Shown here one piece after another: positions 1 through 12,904 of a DNA stretch of 64,000 nucleotides. A program made the translations under genes and the position numbers. How positions within the stretch are numbered: the first letter of the stretch is position 1; the number at the start of each line of letters is the position of its first letter. The notes below the pieces were generated by a model. That model had not been told where the DNA came from and did no database searches. It saw nothing but the letters and a program-made list of their open reading frames with translations. Origin of the DNA: Octopus sinensis (taxonomy: Eukaryota); the NCBI RefSeq assembly GCF_006345805.1, contig NC_043011.1:16442464-16506463 (forward strand). Reading direction: 5' to 3'.

Positions 1-254
1 ACGTAACGACAGACGAAATACCTATTTCTTCATTACCCACAAGGGGCTAAACATAGAGGGGACAAACAAGGACAGACATAGGTATTATGTTGATTACATC
101 TACCCCAGTGCGTAACTGGTACTTAATTTATCGACCCCGATAGGATGAAAGGCAAAGTCGACCTCGGCGGAATTTGAACTCAGAACGTAACGACAGACGA
201 AATACCGCTAAGCATTTCGTCCGGCGTGCTAACATTTCTGCCAGCTCACCGCCT
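1..254 (-). mobile_element. tRNA-derived SINE family S1, with the start of a second tandem unit
   Basis: Reverse complement reads aaggcggtgagctggcagaaatgttagcacgcc...gagttcaaattcc (B-box)...gtcgactttgcctttcatcc...gccccttgtgggtaatgaagaaatagg; recurs many times in the window. Confidence 0.85.
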
Positions 255-600
255 TTTCACCTGCTTTAATAGTTCTACTATTTGACACTCTTTATCTTCC
301 TTCCTCCTCTTTTTTCCAGTATAAATTGTTCACTTTTCATTAAGAATTCATTGTCATGCTTCTGTGCGTTGTGAGCTGCTTACTCGATGGTTTTTTTTTC
401 ATTTTGTCGATAACTTTAGCTCGTCTTGCCTTCATTCTATCATTCCTTCTCCATGCCTTATCGCTGCTGCTGTTTTCCCCATGGACTGACTGCTAAATCT
501 TTAACACATTTAATTTATGTTTAAAGTTTTCTTTTTTTCCCAGAGCAAAAATTGTATTTTCTGTAGAGTTTTCTGACGTTTCAATACTTTTGTTTTCGAT

Positions 601-880
601 TAAATAAGTAGCAGTTACGCACTGGAGACCATATAATCGAATTAATCCGTTTATCTCTCCTTGTTTGTCCTCTCTGTGTTTAGCCCCTTGTGGGCAGTAA
701 AGAAATAGGTATTTCGTCTGTGTTTACGTTCTGTGATCAAATTCTGCCGAGATCGACTTTGCCTTTCATCCTTTCGTGATCGATAAATTAAGTACCAGTT
801 GCGTACTGAGGTTGATCTAATGAACTGGCCCCCTCCTCAAAAATTTCGGGCCTTGTTCCTTGAGTAGAAAAGAATCTTAA
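601..880 (+). mobile_element. S1 SINE, two partial head-to-tail units
   Basis: Tail gccccttgtgggcagtaaagaaataggtatttcgtctg joined to a second body with gtcgactttgcctttcatcc-like core. Confidence 0.8.
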
Positions 881-949
881 AGCAAGTGAAACCTTGTACC
901 TTGAATAAATTGAAGAAGCACTGTATTCCTTATGGTGGTAATTTTTCTA

Positions 950-1273
950 AAGACTCCGCCGGTTACGACGACGAGGGTCCCAGCTGATACGATCAACGGA
1001 ACAGCTTGCTCGTGAAATTAACGTGCAAATGGCTGAGCATTCCACAGACACGTGTACCCTTAACGTAGTTCTCGGGGATAATCAGCGTGACACAGAGAGT
1101 GACAAGGCTGACCCTTTGAAATACAAGTACAACTCATTTTTGCCAGCTGAGTGGACTGGAGCAACGTGAAATAAAGTGTCTTGCTCAAGGACACAACGCG
1201 TCGCCGGGAATCGAACTCACAACCTTACGATCATGAGCCGAATGCCCTAACCACTAAGCCACGCGCCCTCACA
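950..1273 (-). mobile_element. tRNA-derived SINE family S3 (central domain resembling Nin/Deu-type SINEs)
   Basis: Minus strand: A-box tggcttagtggttagg, B-box gagttcgattccc, then tgtgtccttgagcaagacactttatttcacgttgctccagtccactcagctg. Confidence 0.8.
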
Positions 1274-1409
1274 TGGTGGTAATAAATGAGAGTCTGTTAA
1301 TAAAATATCTAGATATCCCCCGCCCCAGGAATTGTAGAAAATATGAAATTAAACTTTGACGGAATAAAGAAAATATTTTTCAAAAAGATGGAAGAGATGT
1401 GAATCGCTC

Positions 1410-1590
1410 GGAAAGCTGAACCATGTGGCTGAATGATAAGAAGCTTGTTCCCCAACCACATGGTTCCGGGTTCAGTCCCACTACGTGGCAACCTGGGCAA
1501 GTATCTACTACTATAGCTTCGGGTTGGCCAAAGCCTTGCGAGTGGATTTGGTAGACGGAAACTAAAAGAAGCTTGTATATATGTATACTC
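1410..1590 (+). mobile_element. SINE family S2 (CORE-like), 5' half
   Basis: ccacatggttccgggttcagtcccactacgtggcaacctgggcaagtatctactactatagc...gagtggatttggtagacggaaact. Confidence 0.8.
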
Positions 1591-1597
1591 TTATACT

Positions 1598-1818
1598 CTT
1601 TACTCTTTTTACTTGTTTCAGTCATTTGACTGCGGCCATGCTGGAGCACCGCCTTTTTAATCGAGCAACTTGACCCCGCGACTTATTCTTTTGTAAGCCC
1701 AGTACTTATTCTATCGGTCTCTTTGCCGAACCGCTAAGTGACAGGGACATAAACAGACCAGCATCGGTTGTCAAGCAATGCTAGGGGGACAAACACAGAC
1801 ACACAAACACACACACGC

Positions 1819-1867
<49 letters not shown>

Positions 1868-1992
1868 TATATACGACGGGCTTCTTTCAGTTTCCGTCTA
1901 CCAAATCCACTCACAAGACCTTGGTCGGCCCGAGGCTATAGTAGAAGACACTTGCCCAAGGTGCCACGCAGTGGGACTGAACCCGGAACCAT
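1598..1992 (-). mobile_element. S2 SINE with internal (TA)n, inverted against the preceding copy
   Basis: Reverse complement of the S2 consensus, including tail gtgctccagcatggccgcagtcaaatgactgaaacaagtaaaagag. Confidence 0.85.
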
Positions 1993-2939
1993 GTATGTAT
2001 GGTGTAGTTTATAATCACGGGCTGTCGAGTAATTAAAAGTAGTCAAGTATCACAACAACGAAATTCCCCTTTCCTGTTTAAGGTGTATCTTCTGAATAAG
2101 CACACTCCATCCCTTGTCGTGAATTTATTTTTTGTTATGCTTAATTACTTCATCGTGTGGTGTTATGGGAGGATCATTACACCAATAATGATAAACACGC
2201 ATGTTGTTTCAATATCACCTCTTTATTGTCATCAATCAGCTAAATATCCAACCAACTAACGAATTGATCATTTGTTTAATGTGTTGTTTAGACAATCAAT
2301 CGGATGTCTTTCAAAGTCGTTTCGCCGCTATACGCGACTTCGACCTCACTAACGGCATACTCTATCTATTCCTGGTCTTCAGTCTGTTTGACAAGTAGTT
2401 TTACGACCATATGTATGTATGTAGGTGTGTATGCATTGTGTGTGTAGTTGCTTACAAGTGAAGGGAAGCATAAAAGTAAACAAAGAGCATGTGTGTGATG
2501 TGTATGCGTGTGTATGTTGGCGGATGTGTGTTACAATCGTTTGTCTGTATGTGTATTTATGAGTGCGTGTCCGTTGGCCATATGTGACTTCTTTATGTGT
2601 TCGGTCTATTGTCCAACGTCAGTTTGGTCTCAGATCTGTTGGCCTTTTCTTGTCATCCTAGAAAGGTGTAGTTTTTCGTAAGGCTGTGAGGTGGCGGAAG
2701 CGTTAGCACATCGGACCAAATGCTTTGCGGTAGCTTCGTCCGTCATGACATTTTGGATGTAAATCCAGTGCACTTTGCCCTTCCTCCCACCGCTTTACCC
2801 CAAATTCCAGGCTTTGTACCATTAGTAGAAGGTATTATTCCTGAACTTCATAGAATTTTTATATATATATATATTGTGTAGCAAATGGTAAAATATATAT
2901 GCAAAATAATTATACAGATATGTGAAGTTTCATGTAAAT

Positions 2940-3350
2940 GTTAGGGATTCAGAAATGGTTGTATGGTTAAGAAGCCCACTTTGCAGCCATGTAGTTTCAG
3001 GTTCAGTACCATTCTGCAGCACTCCTGGCGAATGTCTTCTACCATAAACCCGGGTCGATTAATGCTTTCTAAGTGAATTTAATAAACCAAAAACGTGTGG
3101 AAGTATGCCGTACACATTATGCGTGTTTTATATGTGTGGTTATGTTTCTTCGTGTCTGATTTGTCTCCCTCACCACCACCACCACTTTTCAACCGGTGCT
3201 TGTTCGTTTGCACCCCCGTAACTTAGTGTTTTAGCGAAAGAGACCGACAGAATAAACACCAAGCTTACAAATAAGAACCGGTGTCGATTTGTTCGACTAA
3301 ACCTTCCAAGTTGATGCCCCAGCATGGCAGCAGTCCAATAACTGAAGCAA
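2940..3350 (+). mobile_element. Diverged S2 SINE
   Basis: Degenerate head ggttcagtaccattctgcagc and tail gccccagcatggcagcagtccaataactgaagc. Confidence 0.6.
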
Positions 3351-4204
3351 TTAAAAAGGCTTTCTTAGGATCACCTTCAAATCGAAAGAGATATTTCAAA
3401 TTTCAAAAATCGTATATTTGTCATTGATATAATCAATGTTGCAATATCCAGATCAGTCTGATCGATCAGATATACGATAAACGGGGCTCTGCTAATCAGT
3501 TTAACAATTACAATATATTGTTTTGCTGTGATATAATTAATATTATCGGATTCGCTATTTCGTTTGCATTTTATAAGAAAAGACAATTTTTAAAAAACGA
3601 AATCTCTTCTGGGTATTTCTGGAATTTCTCAATAATTAGAAATAATGAAAAATATAATACACACTAAATGAAAATATAAATATCCACAGGCCTAGAGGAT
3701 GTATGTGTATTTATTCGCTACGAAATATGACATCAAATTTAGAAAACTGAAATAATATATACTTAAAGGTGAAGAGTGTTAATATGAGGAAATATTCTTT
3801 GAAAAATCGAAGCCTATAAAATACATACAGGCTGATTATTAAAGAAGCATAACTCCGACCGATACTTATTCAGAAATAGTTATATAAAGTCTTAAGATAG
3901 ATTAATCACAGACAGAAATTTAAATATGTCAATAGATCAATATGCTCTTTCGGCTTTTCTGCTTTCAATTGATGACATGCTGGGCAATATATTTAAGGGT
4001 TTCGGTCGAATATTATCGAACAGATTTCATATTTCAGTCTGGTATGTATTTTATTGATTTATATTTATAGATTCGCTAAATCGTGCACAAAAATTGTCTT
4101 ACATCGGTAAAATTTAAAAACAAAGAATATAGGGTCGTGGGAACTAACATATATAACATATATAAATACACACGCATAACGAACCATGATGTGTATGTAT
4201 ATAT

Positions 4205-4620
4205 ATAGGGAGAGTTTACGAAAAAAACAAACAAAAGACGATGACAGGTGGTGTACAAAACAAACAGATGTATTAGTATAACGCTCAGGAATAGAAAACG
4301 TCTTTTCCGTTTCGAGCCTACACTCTTCTACAGAAAGGGACACAGAAAAAAACAAGAAGAGAAAAAAGGAGAGAAAAAATGGGGAGAAAAAACATAAATA
4401 TATATATATATGTATGTATGTATGTATGTTGGATCGTTAGCCCCTACACGCAATTTTTTTTCTCTCCTTGTTTATTTTCTGTGTATCTTTCTGTCGAAGA
4501 GCGTAGGCTTGAAACGTAAAAGACTTGTTTTATTTCTATTCTTGAGCGCCATACAAATACATTGTTTGTTTGTACTCCACCTGCCTTCGTCTTTTGTTTA
4601 TTTTTGTAAACTTTCCCGTT
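4205..4620. repeat. Inverted pair of a ~190-bp repeat with variant HHR-like motifs, flanked by (TA)n
   Basis: 4205-4400 is the reverse complement of ~4430-4620; plus copy 4486-4523 TCTTT-CTGTCGA-A-GAGC-gtag-GCTT-GAAAC-GT-A-AAAGA. Confidence 0.7.
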
Positions 4621-4939
4621 ATATATATATATATATATATATATCCGTCTTCCAAATCAGAATGCTACACTTCTCTCTGTTAGATTTATAATCAAGATGA
4701 CAGAGGAGGGGGTCCATATATCCTTTTTTTTTTATATATAAAAGCGATTAGGAGAAATCTATCCGTCAACGGCCTTGTCCTTTACAGTTCTCATACTCCA
4801 AATTCTTCCTATTTCAAATTTAAAGGATTGTATTTCTTCTTACTTATTCTTTTTCGTCCTCTTTCTTTTTGATCCTAGAATCAAACGGACATGATGGGTC
4901 AATTAGTAAGCATGGGCATGATGGGTCAATTAGTAATTA

Positions 4940-7330
4940 TAATTATCTGAACGCTCGGTCTTGCTGGCTCTGGTACATTCTGTGAGAGCGGACAAGAGCC
5001 TGCTGTCAGAGGTCTCACTGGGTCTCTTTCCACACATTATAAGCTTTGATAATTGGTTGTTAATTATCGTGGGTAACATTCAACATCCAAGTACCAATCT
5101 CAAAATTCTAGCTGTCCCCAGCAGAGCTGTTTTTCGGGCTTCCTCCGCCCTCATGTCAATTCCGACTTCTCTGAAGCATTTCCCGAACTTGACCGTTAGT
5201 ACTCTGAGTGTTCCTACAACTAATGGACTGATATAACCTCGCCAGACCAAACCGCGCAAACACAGTCGTCAGGTATCGATGGTCGACCCTATCAAAAGCT
5301 TTAGATTAGTCTAAATGCATCAATGTCCCACCTTTGCTAGAGTTATCACCAACCCTCTCTATGTTATAGCGAATAAGATGGAGATTATCCTGAATGGTTC
5401 TGCCTGGGATAGCACATGCATGTGCCTCCCAAGGCTATACTATTCCCGACACGCGCCAACATTCTTGCAGTTTCGTCTTTTAGTGATCTCTATTTTCAAT
5501 CTTTTCTAGTTCTTTGTTATTTATGCATGCATCCTCAGGCATTTTAATATCTATAATCTTAGTTTCTTTTTTTTCCCTTATCTACTACGACAAAATCTGG
5601 TCTACAAGCCTCGATGAGGGAGTCCCACTGAATTGTAAGATCCCACAGTATATTATATTCCTTTTTCTCGGCGACTCCTTCTGCTTCATTTTCGTACCAT
5701 TTCTTGCTCTGTTCAGGCAGCACTTTTAATATAGTATATAGTGGATGAACTTAGCAACGTAATTGTGCCCCCTTTTGTAGGGCTTTTGGGCCAGCTTGCT
5801 TCACTCATTCACAATATGTGAGATTGTTTCGTTTCTGCTGTTATACATCCTACAAAGGGGCGATTCGCTTTTCTTATCTATTTGGAGTTTGGCGTAATTA
5901 TTTCTCAGGGCTTGTTCTTGAGCGCTGCATATCCATGCCTCAGTGGATTCTTACAAATCACTTTTTTTAGCCATCTCCAAGTATTGATCCTGTCTTTCCT
6001 TTCCATTTCTCTGAGGTATTGCCCATATAGTGATTCACTTTCCAATTTTTTACTCTTTCTTCATCTTGTTTCTTAAATGTTGCAGGTGCAATACATTTTT
6101 GGTAGGTATTGTATTGTTAATTCTAACAGTGGCAAGTAAATATTCACTCGGCTGTTTGATGTGCCATCCCAGACTGTTCTCGTTGACGACACAGATCCTG
6201 CATCCTATGACGCTTCTCCCTCCTCTGTTCCTAGGCACATACAGTCTGTCAGTATCACTTTTGGGGTGTAGTTCTTTGTTAATTGTCATCACTTTTCGGG
6301 TTTTCCTGTACACTTCCTCAAGTTCGTTACTTGTCCACCTAACAACACCTGCGCCATATCGTATTAAAGAAATAGCTTATGCGTTCATTGCTCTGATCTT
6401 GTTTATTTTTTCATAGAGCCTACTTCCCATAATTCATTTGGTTCTTCTGAGATATTCTCGCCTAGAGCTTTCCTGCATTTCACTTTCCTTGATTTTATCA
6501 TATTCCAAAATCCCCAGATATTGATATCTATTAGTTTCAATATCCTTGATTTCCTTGCCGCTGGTTACCTCTACACTATTAGACGACCAAAGTTCTTTTC
6601 CTTCATTTCCACATTTACGGTTTGGTTCGAGGCCTACATTATTTTTCATGAATATGATTCAGTCTTTAATCAATCTATTCCTTCTGGTTATAATATTTGT
6701 CTAGATTTCTTTCAGTATTTTATTTACCTTGAGTGCCCATCCACTGAGAAAAAATTTCCTATCTACTTTCCTGAATCGATTTATTTCCATAACTGGGGTT
6801 TCTTCAATGATATCAATGTCTTCAATCATTCCTTTCTCTTCGTTATTTAGTCCTTCTCTACACTCGGGCCTTAAGACAATATACTTCTCACGGGTACTCT
6901 CATTAAGCACAGCATTACCAACATTGTTTGTATCTACTTCTGCATCACCCCGCGTGTTTTCAATCATCACCCTCTTCCTAATCCCTTCGAACTCTAATTC
7001 TGTTAGCCATCCTTTCTTCCTTATTGCTCTTACCTGGTCACAGTCTCTGTTCCGTAATATCTAAGGTTTGCTGCTTAATCCATATGTAATGCACCCACTT
7101 TCTATATCTTCTTATGGGTCTTTCTTCATTCTCAGTGGGTCTACCCAAGAAATAACATTCCATGACAGTTGTATTCCTTACCTTACTTCATTTTGTTCTA
7201 GCAGCCATATAATGACGACCGGGCCTGTCCTGCTCACCCACAGGGCGCCTGGTTACCCGCAGAGCACCTGCTGACCTGCAGGGCACCTGCTCACTCACAG
7301 GGTACCTGCTGGGCGAAAATCCGTCACCTT
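4940..7330 (-). mobile_element. Dong/R4-clade RLE LINE, copy B; RT core deleted
   Basis: N-terminal ..DQVRAIRKKGWLTELE.. (~7050), post-RT YQYLGILEYDKIKESEM..REYLRRTK (6434-6649), HPKSDTDRLYVPRNRGGR (6050-6313), C-terminal ARKTALLGTARILRLVLGC (~5095-5150), taattataattactaat tail ~4940. Confidence 0.85.
7233..7313 (+). repeat. 19-bp GC-rich minisatellite, ~4.5 copies (cctgctcacccacagggcg-like)
   Basis: Direct reading: cctgctcacccacagggcg / cctggttacccgcagagca / cctgctgacctgcagggca / cctgctcactcacagggta. Confidence 0.75.
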
Positions 7331-7349
7331 TAGTTTCGTCCTCATTTAG

Positions 7350-9790
7350 AGGGTTGTATCTATCTATTTTTTGTCTTCCTTCTTGACTATTCGTGGATCT
7401 AAGGAGCTCGCAACATCAACTATATAGCACATGTGGTGCATCTTGTCGACCACCACTAGATCCGGTCTGTTATCCTGTAGCACCAGATCTGTTTGGATTG
7501 GGAAATCCCAGAAGACTTTGAAAGTCACCGACTCCACCATTCTCTGCGGTTTGTACTCATACCACGTCTTGCCTCTCCCGCTTTTCGCAGCTTCCAATAC
7601 TGCACTTTACAATATCGTGTCGCCACTTCTTGTAATGGTTTGGGGCACATCTCAGGCATTCGTTCGTGATATGGGCAATGGTTTCCTCCACTCTACTACT
7701 GATGAGGCAGAGGGGAGATATTTGCTCATTCCTAAGGTTGACCCTCCAGTTCGTGGCGAAAGCTTGGTCTTACGCTACCAGTGTAGTACTCTCAGTCTCT
7801 TATTTCAATGTTCCATTCTTCAGCCAATCCTACCTGTGTTTTCCAGGAATTGCAGTTGTGGCTACATGAAACTGATTGAGTATTCCCTTTTTGCGTAATT
7901 CTTCATCATGTCCCTTTCGTACTTCTTTCGTGTTTTTCTTTGCTTTGCTTTCACTACTCCTCACTTTGCGATTGGTATTTCATGAAGCCTCGATAAGCAC
8001 ACAGTCTTCCACACTTATCAGTCTCCTTCCTTCATTTACTCTCTTCATGTATAGACGATCAGTGTCTACACGTTGATGATGTGCCCCATGCATCGTTAGG
8101 AGCTTTCTTACCTTCCTGTCCAATTACTTTAGTTCCACCTCTGTCTACTCCAGGATTCCAGTGTCATACCAAAATACTGCGACTCCACGCGAATTTATTG
8201 CTGAAATTATATTTCTGGCATTCAGCTTTGAAGTCAATATTTTTCTCACTCGCCGCAGGTACTTTTTCTTTCATATCCATCTGCCTTAAGTATTCACAGG
8301 TATTTATAACTGGACTCATGTTTAACAGCCTACATCATTTCACCACTTTTTATACATATGCCTGCTATCCTGACAAGCATACCTCGTCTCATCACCATCG
8401 TAGAACATTTTGTGAGTCCAAACTCCATCTTAATATCATTTTTTTTTCTAGTTTCAGCTCAGAGCTGAAAATCCGTACATACATGACTAGGCCGTCCATT
8501 TCTGGTTCACAATTTATGAACACCTTCAAGTCATCCATGAATAGTAAGTGGTTTAGTGTTCTCTAACCTCTTTCCAGATCTGGATATCTATACAGTTCAC
8601 TGGCCAAAGCACCTGACAATAGTTTCCACATTAGCGGAAGACACGTTTTGAATGATGAATTTGTTAACTTTGGTTTGTATTAGGAAATGATAACCTACTT
8701 ATTTCTGTTACTAAATTTTCTACAGCCACCTTCACATTCCATGACTATCAATTCCATGGGATCAATCAAGTACCAGACAATGATAATGGATTATTTTTCC
8801 ACTTTTCTTTTTTTTACTTAATTTTTGAGAGTGGTCGTGTTCACTTTTAGCAATCTTGTTTATCCGAAATCTCTGTACACCATTTGGTTCTGTTGCTTTC
8901 CAGTTGCTTATCTTTGAACTCATATTTCTGATGCTGTCATCTAAACAGTGGATAGCCACTTGTTGGCAATGAGAAGCGGTTTGCTTGAAGCTGCAGAGCC
9001 ATTCAGCTGTAGTATTACGTTGTTCTTGCTTACTCCATATCTTATCCCCAAACAGTTGACTTTCATCGGCACCAGGGACTAATCTTTCACGATTTTTATC
9101 GTCATTAATCTCTTGGTATAATCATTTTTGGTCGGTTCTAAACTATTTGTTTTGGTGGTATTGCTTAATCTATTGTTCAAACCTAGATAGCTTTGCCTTT
9201 TTTTTTGCGAGTATGCGCTGCTTCAATTTTTCAATTACAACATTCAGGCCTTTTGTACCTACTCCATAATTCTTTTCAACTTTTTCGAATTTCCATTCAT
9301 TCTTAAGTTCTTTTCCTGACAAGTATTGACACACTACACTATTTAAGGAGCTTATATCTTCAAAAATTCTCCTTTTCCACCACAGTTGTAAATTTGTCTT
9401 CTATCCATCTCTGTTCTATCCTGGGTAGTTCTCAATCCCATCCTTTCCGCCTCAATCCTACTAGCAGCCTTGATAAGATTATTTGTTTGTGTGATTCTCT
9501 TTGTGTCAGTGTGTCGCAGTATATTATTGACCTTATTCGTCTCTTGATTTAACCTCTACTGGTTAGCCTTTTTAAAGTCGCACCTAAATTCTGTCCCTTC
9601 TGTCTTTAGTAGATCCAAAATTCTGTCTATTATTAATCGACCTTCATAGATTGAGTAGTCACTGATCTCAATTATTTCACAATTCTCAGTATTATATTCT
9701 TGCGAGCAATTATCCATCTCTTCAACTATGCCACTTTCAATTCTCACATGCCCAGCCTCACCTCCTCAAATAAAAGGAATACTTATTATT
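7350..9790 (-). mobile_element. Dong/R4-clade RLE LINE, copy A; partly deleted RT
   Basis: RLE WDFPIQTDLVLQDNRPDLVVVDK..IVDVA (ORF 7364-7597), RHD motif ~7620, LNHLLFMDDLKVF (~8520-8560), NWKATEPNG (8762-8959), NKVNNILRHTDTKRITQTNNLIKAA (~9470-9545). Confidence 0.85.
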
Positions 9791-9874
9791 GTAACCTAAT
9801 ATAATAAGTGGGATCTACATTTCTCAGTTCAGTATATTTAGTATATCTAACAAGACATTATTTAGTAGATACGA

Positions 9875-10490
9875 AAGCGGCGACCTGGCGGAAACGTTAG
9901 CACGCCGAGCGAAATGCTTAGCGGTATTTCGTCTGCGTTACGTTGTGAGTTCAAATTCCGCCGAGCTCGACTTTGCCTTTCATCCTTTCGGGGTCGATAA
10001 ATTAAGTACTAGTTACGTACTGGGGTCGATGTAATCGACTTAATACCTATGTCTGTCCTTGTTTGTCCCCTCTGTGTTTAGCCCCTTGTGGGTAATAAAG
10101 AAATAGGTATTTCGTCTGCCGATACATTCTGAGTTCAAATTCCGCTGAGGTCGACTTTGCCTTTCATCCTTTCAGGGTCCATTACATAACTACTAGTAAC
10201 GCACTGGGGTCGATATAATCAACTTAATCCGTTTGTCTGTCCTTGTTTGTCCCCTCTGTGTGCAGCACCTTCTCGGCAATAAAGAAATAAGAAACGTTAA
10301 CATACCTGGCGAAATACTTAGCGTCTGTCTTTATGCTCCGAGTTCAAATTCCGCCGAAGTCGACTTTGATTTCATCCTTTTGAAATCGATAAATTCAATA
10401 CCTGTTAAGTACTGGGGTCAATCTAATCGACTGATCCACCCCCCGCCAAATTCCGGGTACTGTGCCTAGAGTAGAAATGAATATTTAGTG
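9875..10490 (+). mobile_element. S1 SINE, three head-to-tail units
   Basis: Three occurrences of gagttcaaattccgc...gactttg...ttcatcc (~9948, ~10130, ~10341). Confidence 0.85.
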
Positions 10491-11274
10491 CATATGGTAA
10501 TTTATTCAAATATTTTAGTTACCTTCACTTTTTCTCCTTCTTCCTGCTCATTTTATAGTTGTTGTTTTTATGTTATTACATTATTATTATTATCATTATT
10601 TAAATTATGCAGTTAGATTCTTTAAATATTTTTTAATTGTTTTTGAATTTAATTTTGAATATGTGTTTTAATTTATTTTATGTCTGTTTTAATTTATTTC
10701 TATTTTTGTTTTAATTGATCTTACTCATGTTAAATTATTTCAATTTTTAAACATTTATTCTTTTAAGGAAAACATATTTTCAAATAAAATATCTTCCTTT
10801 GTGAATTTGAATTCGTCTGTAATAGTTTCAATGGAGTAGGAATTTTGCCATGAATATTCTTCAAGTTCACCGCTGGGATTGAAGAAACTAAGTATCGTAA
10901 GTCTATCACTACCCGATAACCACATTTCCTAAGTAGGTCTGCAGAAATAAACTTTTTACCCATTATACTGTAAAATATTGTTAGTTTTACTATTATCTAT
11001 CTACCTTACAATGTTCTCTATTCTAAGCAATATGTATAGGTTTGATATGGATAGGAGAGTGTTAAATTCCTCTAACACTGCAGAATCTTAGTTGATCGAT
11101 AATAGCATTGATTAATAGGAATTTTACTGTATCGCAGAATTTTGGGAATTTGCCAAACAATCCAAAACATATGTGAGCTGATTAAGTAATATATAATTCG
11201 CCATTCTTTTGTCTTTATATGTGTGTGCATGTGTGTACATATAGATTAATATAAGAGGTCCACGTCACACTCGA

Positions 11275-11830
11275 ATCAATGACTATAAGACGTGTGTATT
11301 GACTGAATTTCTGTATTCTAGTGAGACCTGGACCACTTTCAGGCATCATATGAACATACTGGAGAGATTCTATCAAAAATACCTCAGACGTATCTGGGAA
11401 GTCAAGTGGGAATGTTTTATATCAGATACACTGGTTTTGTGCTTGGCATGTTTTAGCTCAGTTGAACAACATATCTTGGCGGAAATGAGATGGGCTGGAC
11501 ATGTTATTTGAATGAAAGATGAGCGATAGCCAAAGCGTTTTTTTTTATGGTAGGTTCAACTCTGGTAAGCGGCCGAGGATAAGCTATAAAGATTGTGTGA
11601 AGGACAACCTAAAGAAATAAGATATGAACAATGGTGATTTGGAAACTGATAGTGGAGAGGTGCTGTTAGGACCAGTTGCAACGCCTGGGAGGAAAAAAAT
11701 TCTGAACTTAAAAGAGCTGGTCAGAAAGGAACAACTGGAACTGAAATCAACATTGAATATTGGATATGTATTATGTGTGACAGTGTTCTGTTGTCAAAGG
11801 CAAGATACTAAAATCAAATGAAATCACGTG
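11275..11830 (+). mobile_element. RTE-clade LINE 3' fragment (thumb region)
   Basis: FLYSSETWTTFRHHMNILERFYQKYLRRI..MRWAGHVI then DER.PKRFFYG..YKDCVKDNLK. Confidence 0.8.
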
Positions 11831-12084
11831 GAAATCGAAATGCCAAGTACGTAATTATCTTGAGTCCCAACAGCCACTTATAACTTGTATCATATGTCAC
11901 AAAATTTATATGACAATATCTGATCTTAAAATGCATATATTAGTTCACAAAAACATTCCTTCAGAATCAGATTCGAAAGAGCAAAACAGTAAAAGAAACT
12001 TGAAGAATATCTGAGACTTTTGCTTTAAAAACTGCCAGTCAGCAACTGGTCCCAAACGTCATTTGAGGGACCATCAACAGAGAG

Positions 12085-12430
12085 CGAAATGCTTAGAGGT
12101 ATTGCGTCTGCCGCTACGTTCTGAGTTCAAATTCCGCCGATGTCGACTTTGCCTTTCATCCTTTCGGGTCGATTAAATAAGTACCAGTTACGCACTGGAG
12201 TCAATATAGTCGACTTAATCCGTTTGTCTGTCCTTGTTTGTCCTTTCTATGTTTAGCCCCTTGTAAGTAGTAAAGAAATAGGTATTGCCTCTGCCGCTAC
12301 GTTCTGAGTTTAAATTCCGCCGAGGTCGACTTTACCTTTCATCCTTTCAGGTTCGATAAATTAAGTACCAGTTGAGTACCGGGTTCGAAGTGAACGACTG
12401 TCCCCTCCCCAGAAAAAATCAAATAGTAGA
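12085..12430 (+). mobile_element. S1 SINE, two head-to-tail units
   Basis: Junction gaaataggtattgcctctgcc at ~12277-12297 between two bodies. Confidence 0.8.
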
Positions 12431-12904
12431 AAATCCTATAATACAAAGGATTATTTAATCAGCTTATACATTTTTGGGTAGATTGGCAAATTCACAAAAT
12501 TCTGTGATACAGTAATCATGCATTTTCATTAATCCCTTTATTTATGAACTCAAATTCTACATAGAGTAATTTATTGCTCTGTTATCCATATCAAGTTTAA
12601 TGCTCTCTTATCCATATCAAATACATACGTATTGCATTCAACAAGGGACGTTTTAAGGAGGTGTTTCTACGCAGTTTACCAAATTCCATTCACAAGGTGC
12701 TCTTCAGTTTCCGTTGGTGCTGGAGAAACTCTTTTGGATGTGTGGCCAGTCGAGAGTAACTGGTCATGTTCACATCTACACGCCATGCTTATAAACTATA
12801 CATTTATGTTATATGCATAATGCAAAACCAATCTGAATGTAAACAATCAGTCGATATTAATAAATCACTAAATTTATATATGTGGATGGAAAATTATGAA
12901 CCGC

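Noticed and set aside
1200-1273. tRNA genes at SINE heads (also 21050-21126, 58631-58710)
   Set aside because: A/B boxes are present, but no complete cloverleaf was evident and each continues into a SINE body.
7431-8566. Plus-strand ORFs of 155-161 aa
   Set aside because: Antisense shadows of the Dong/R4 coding strand.
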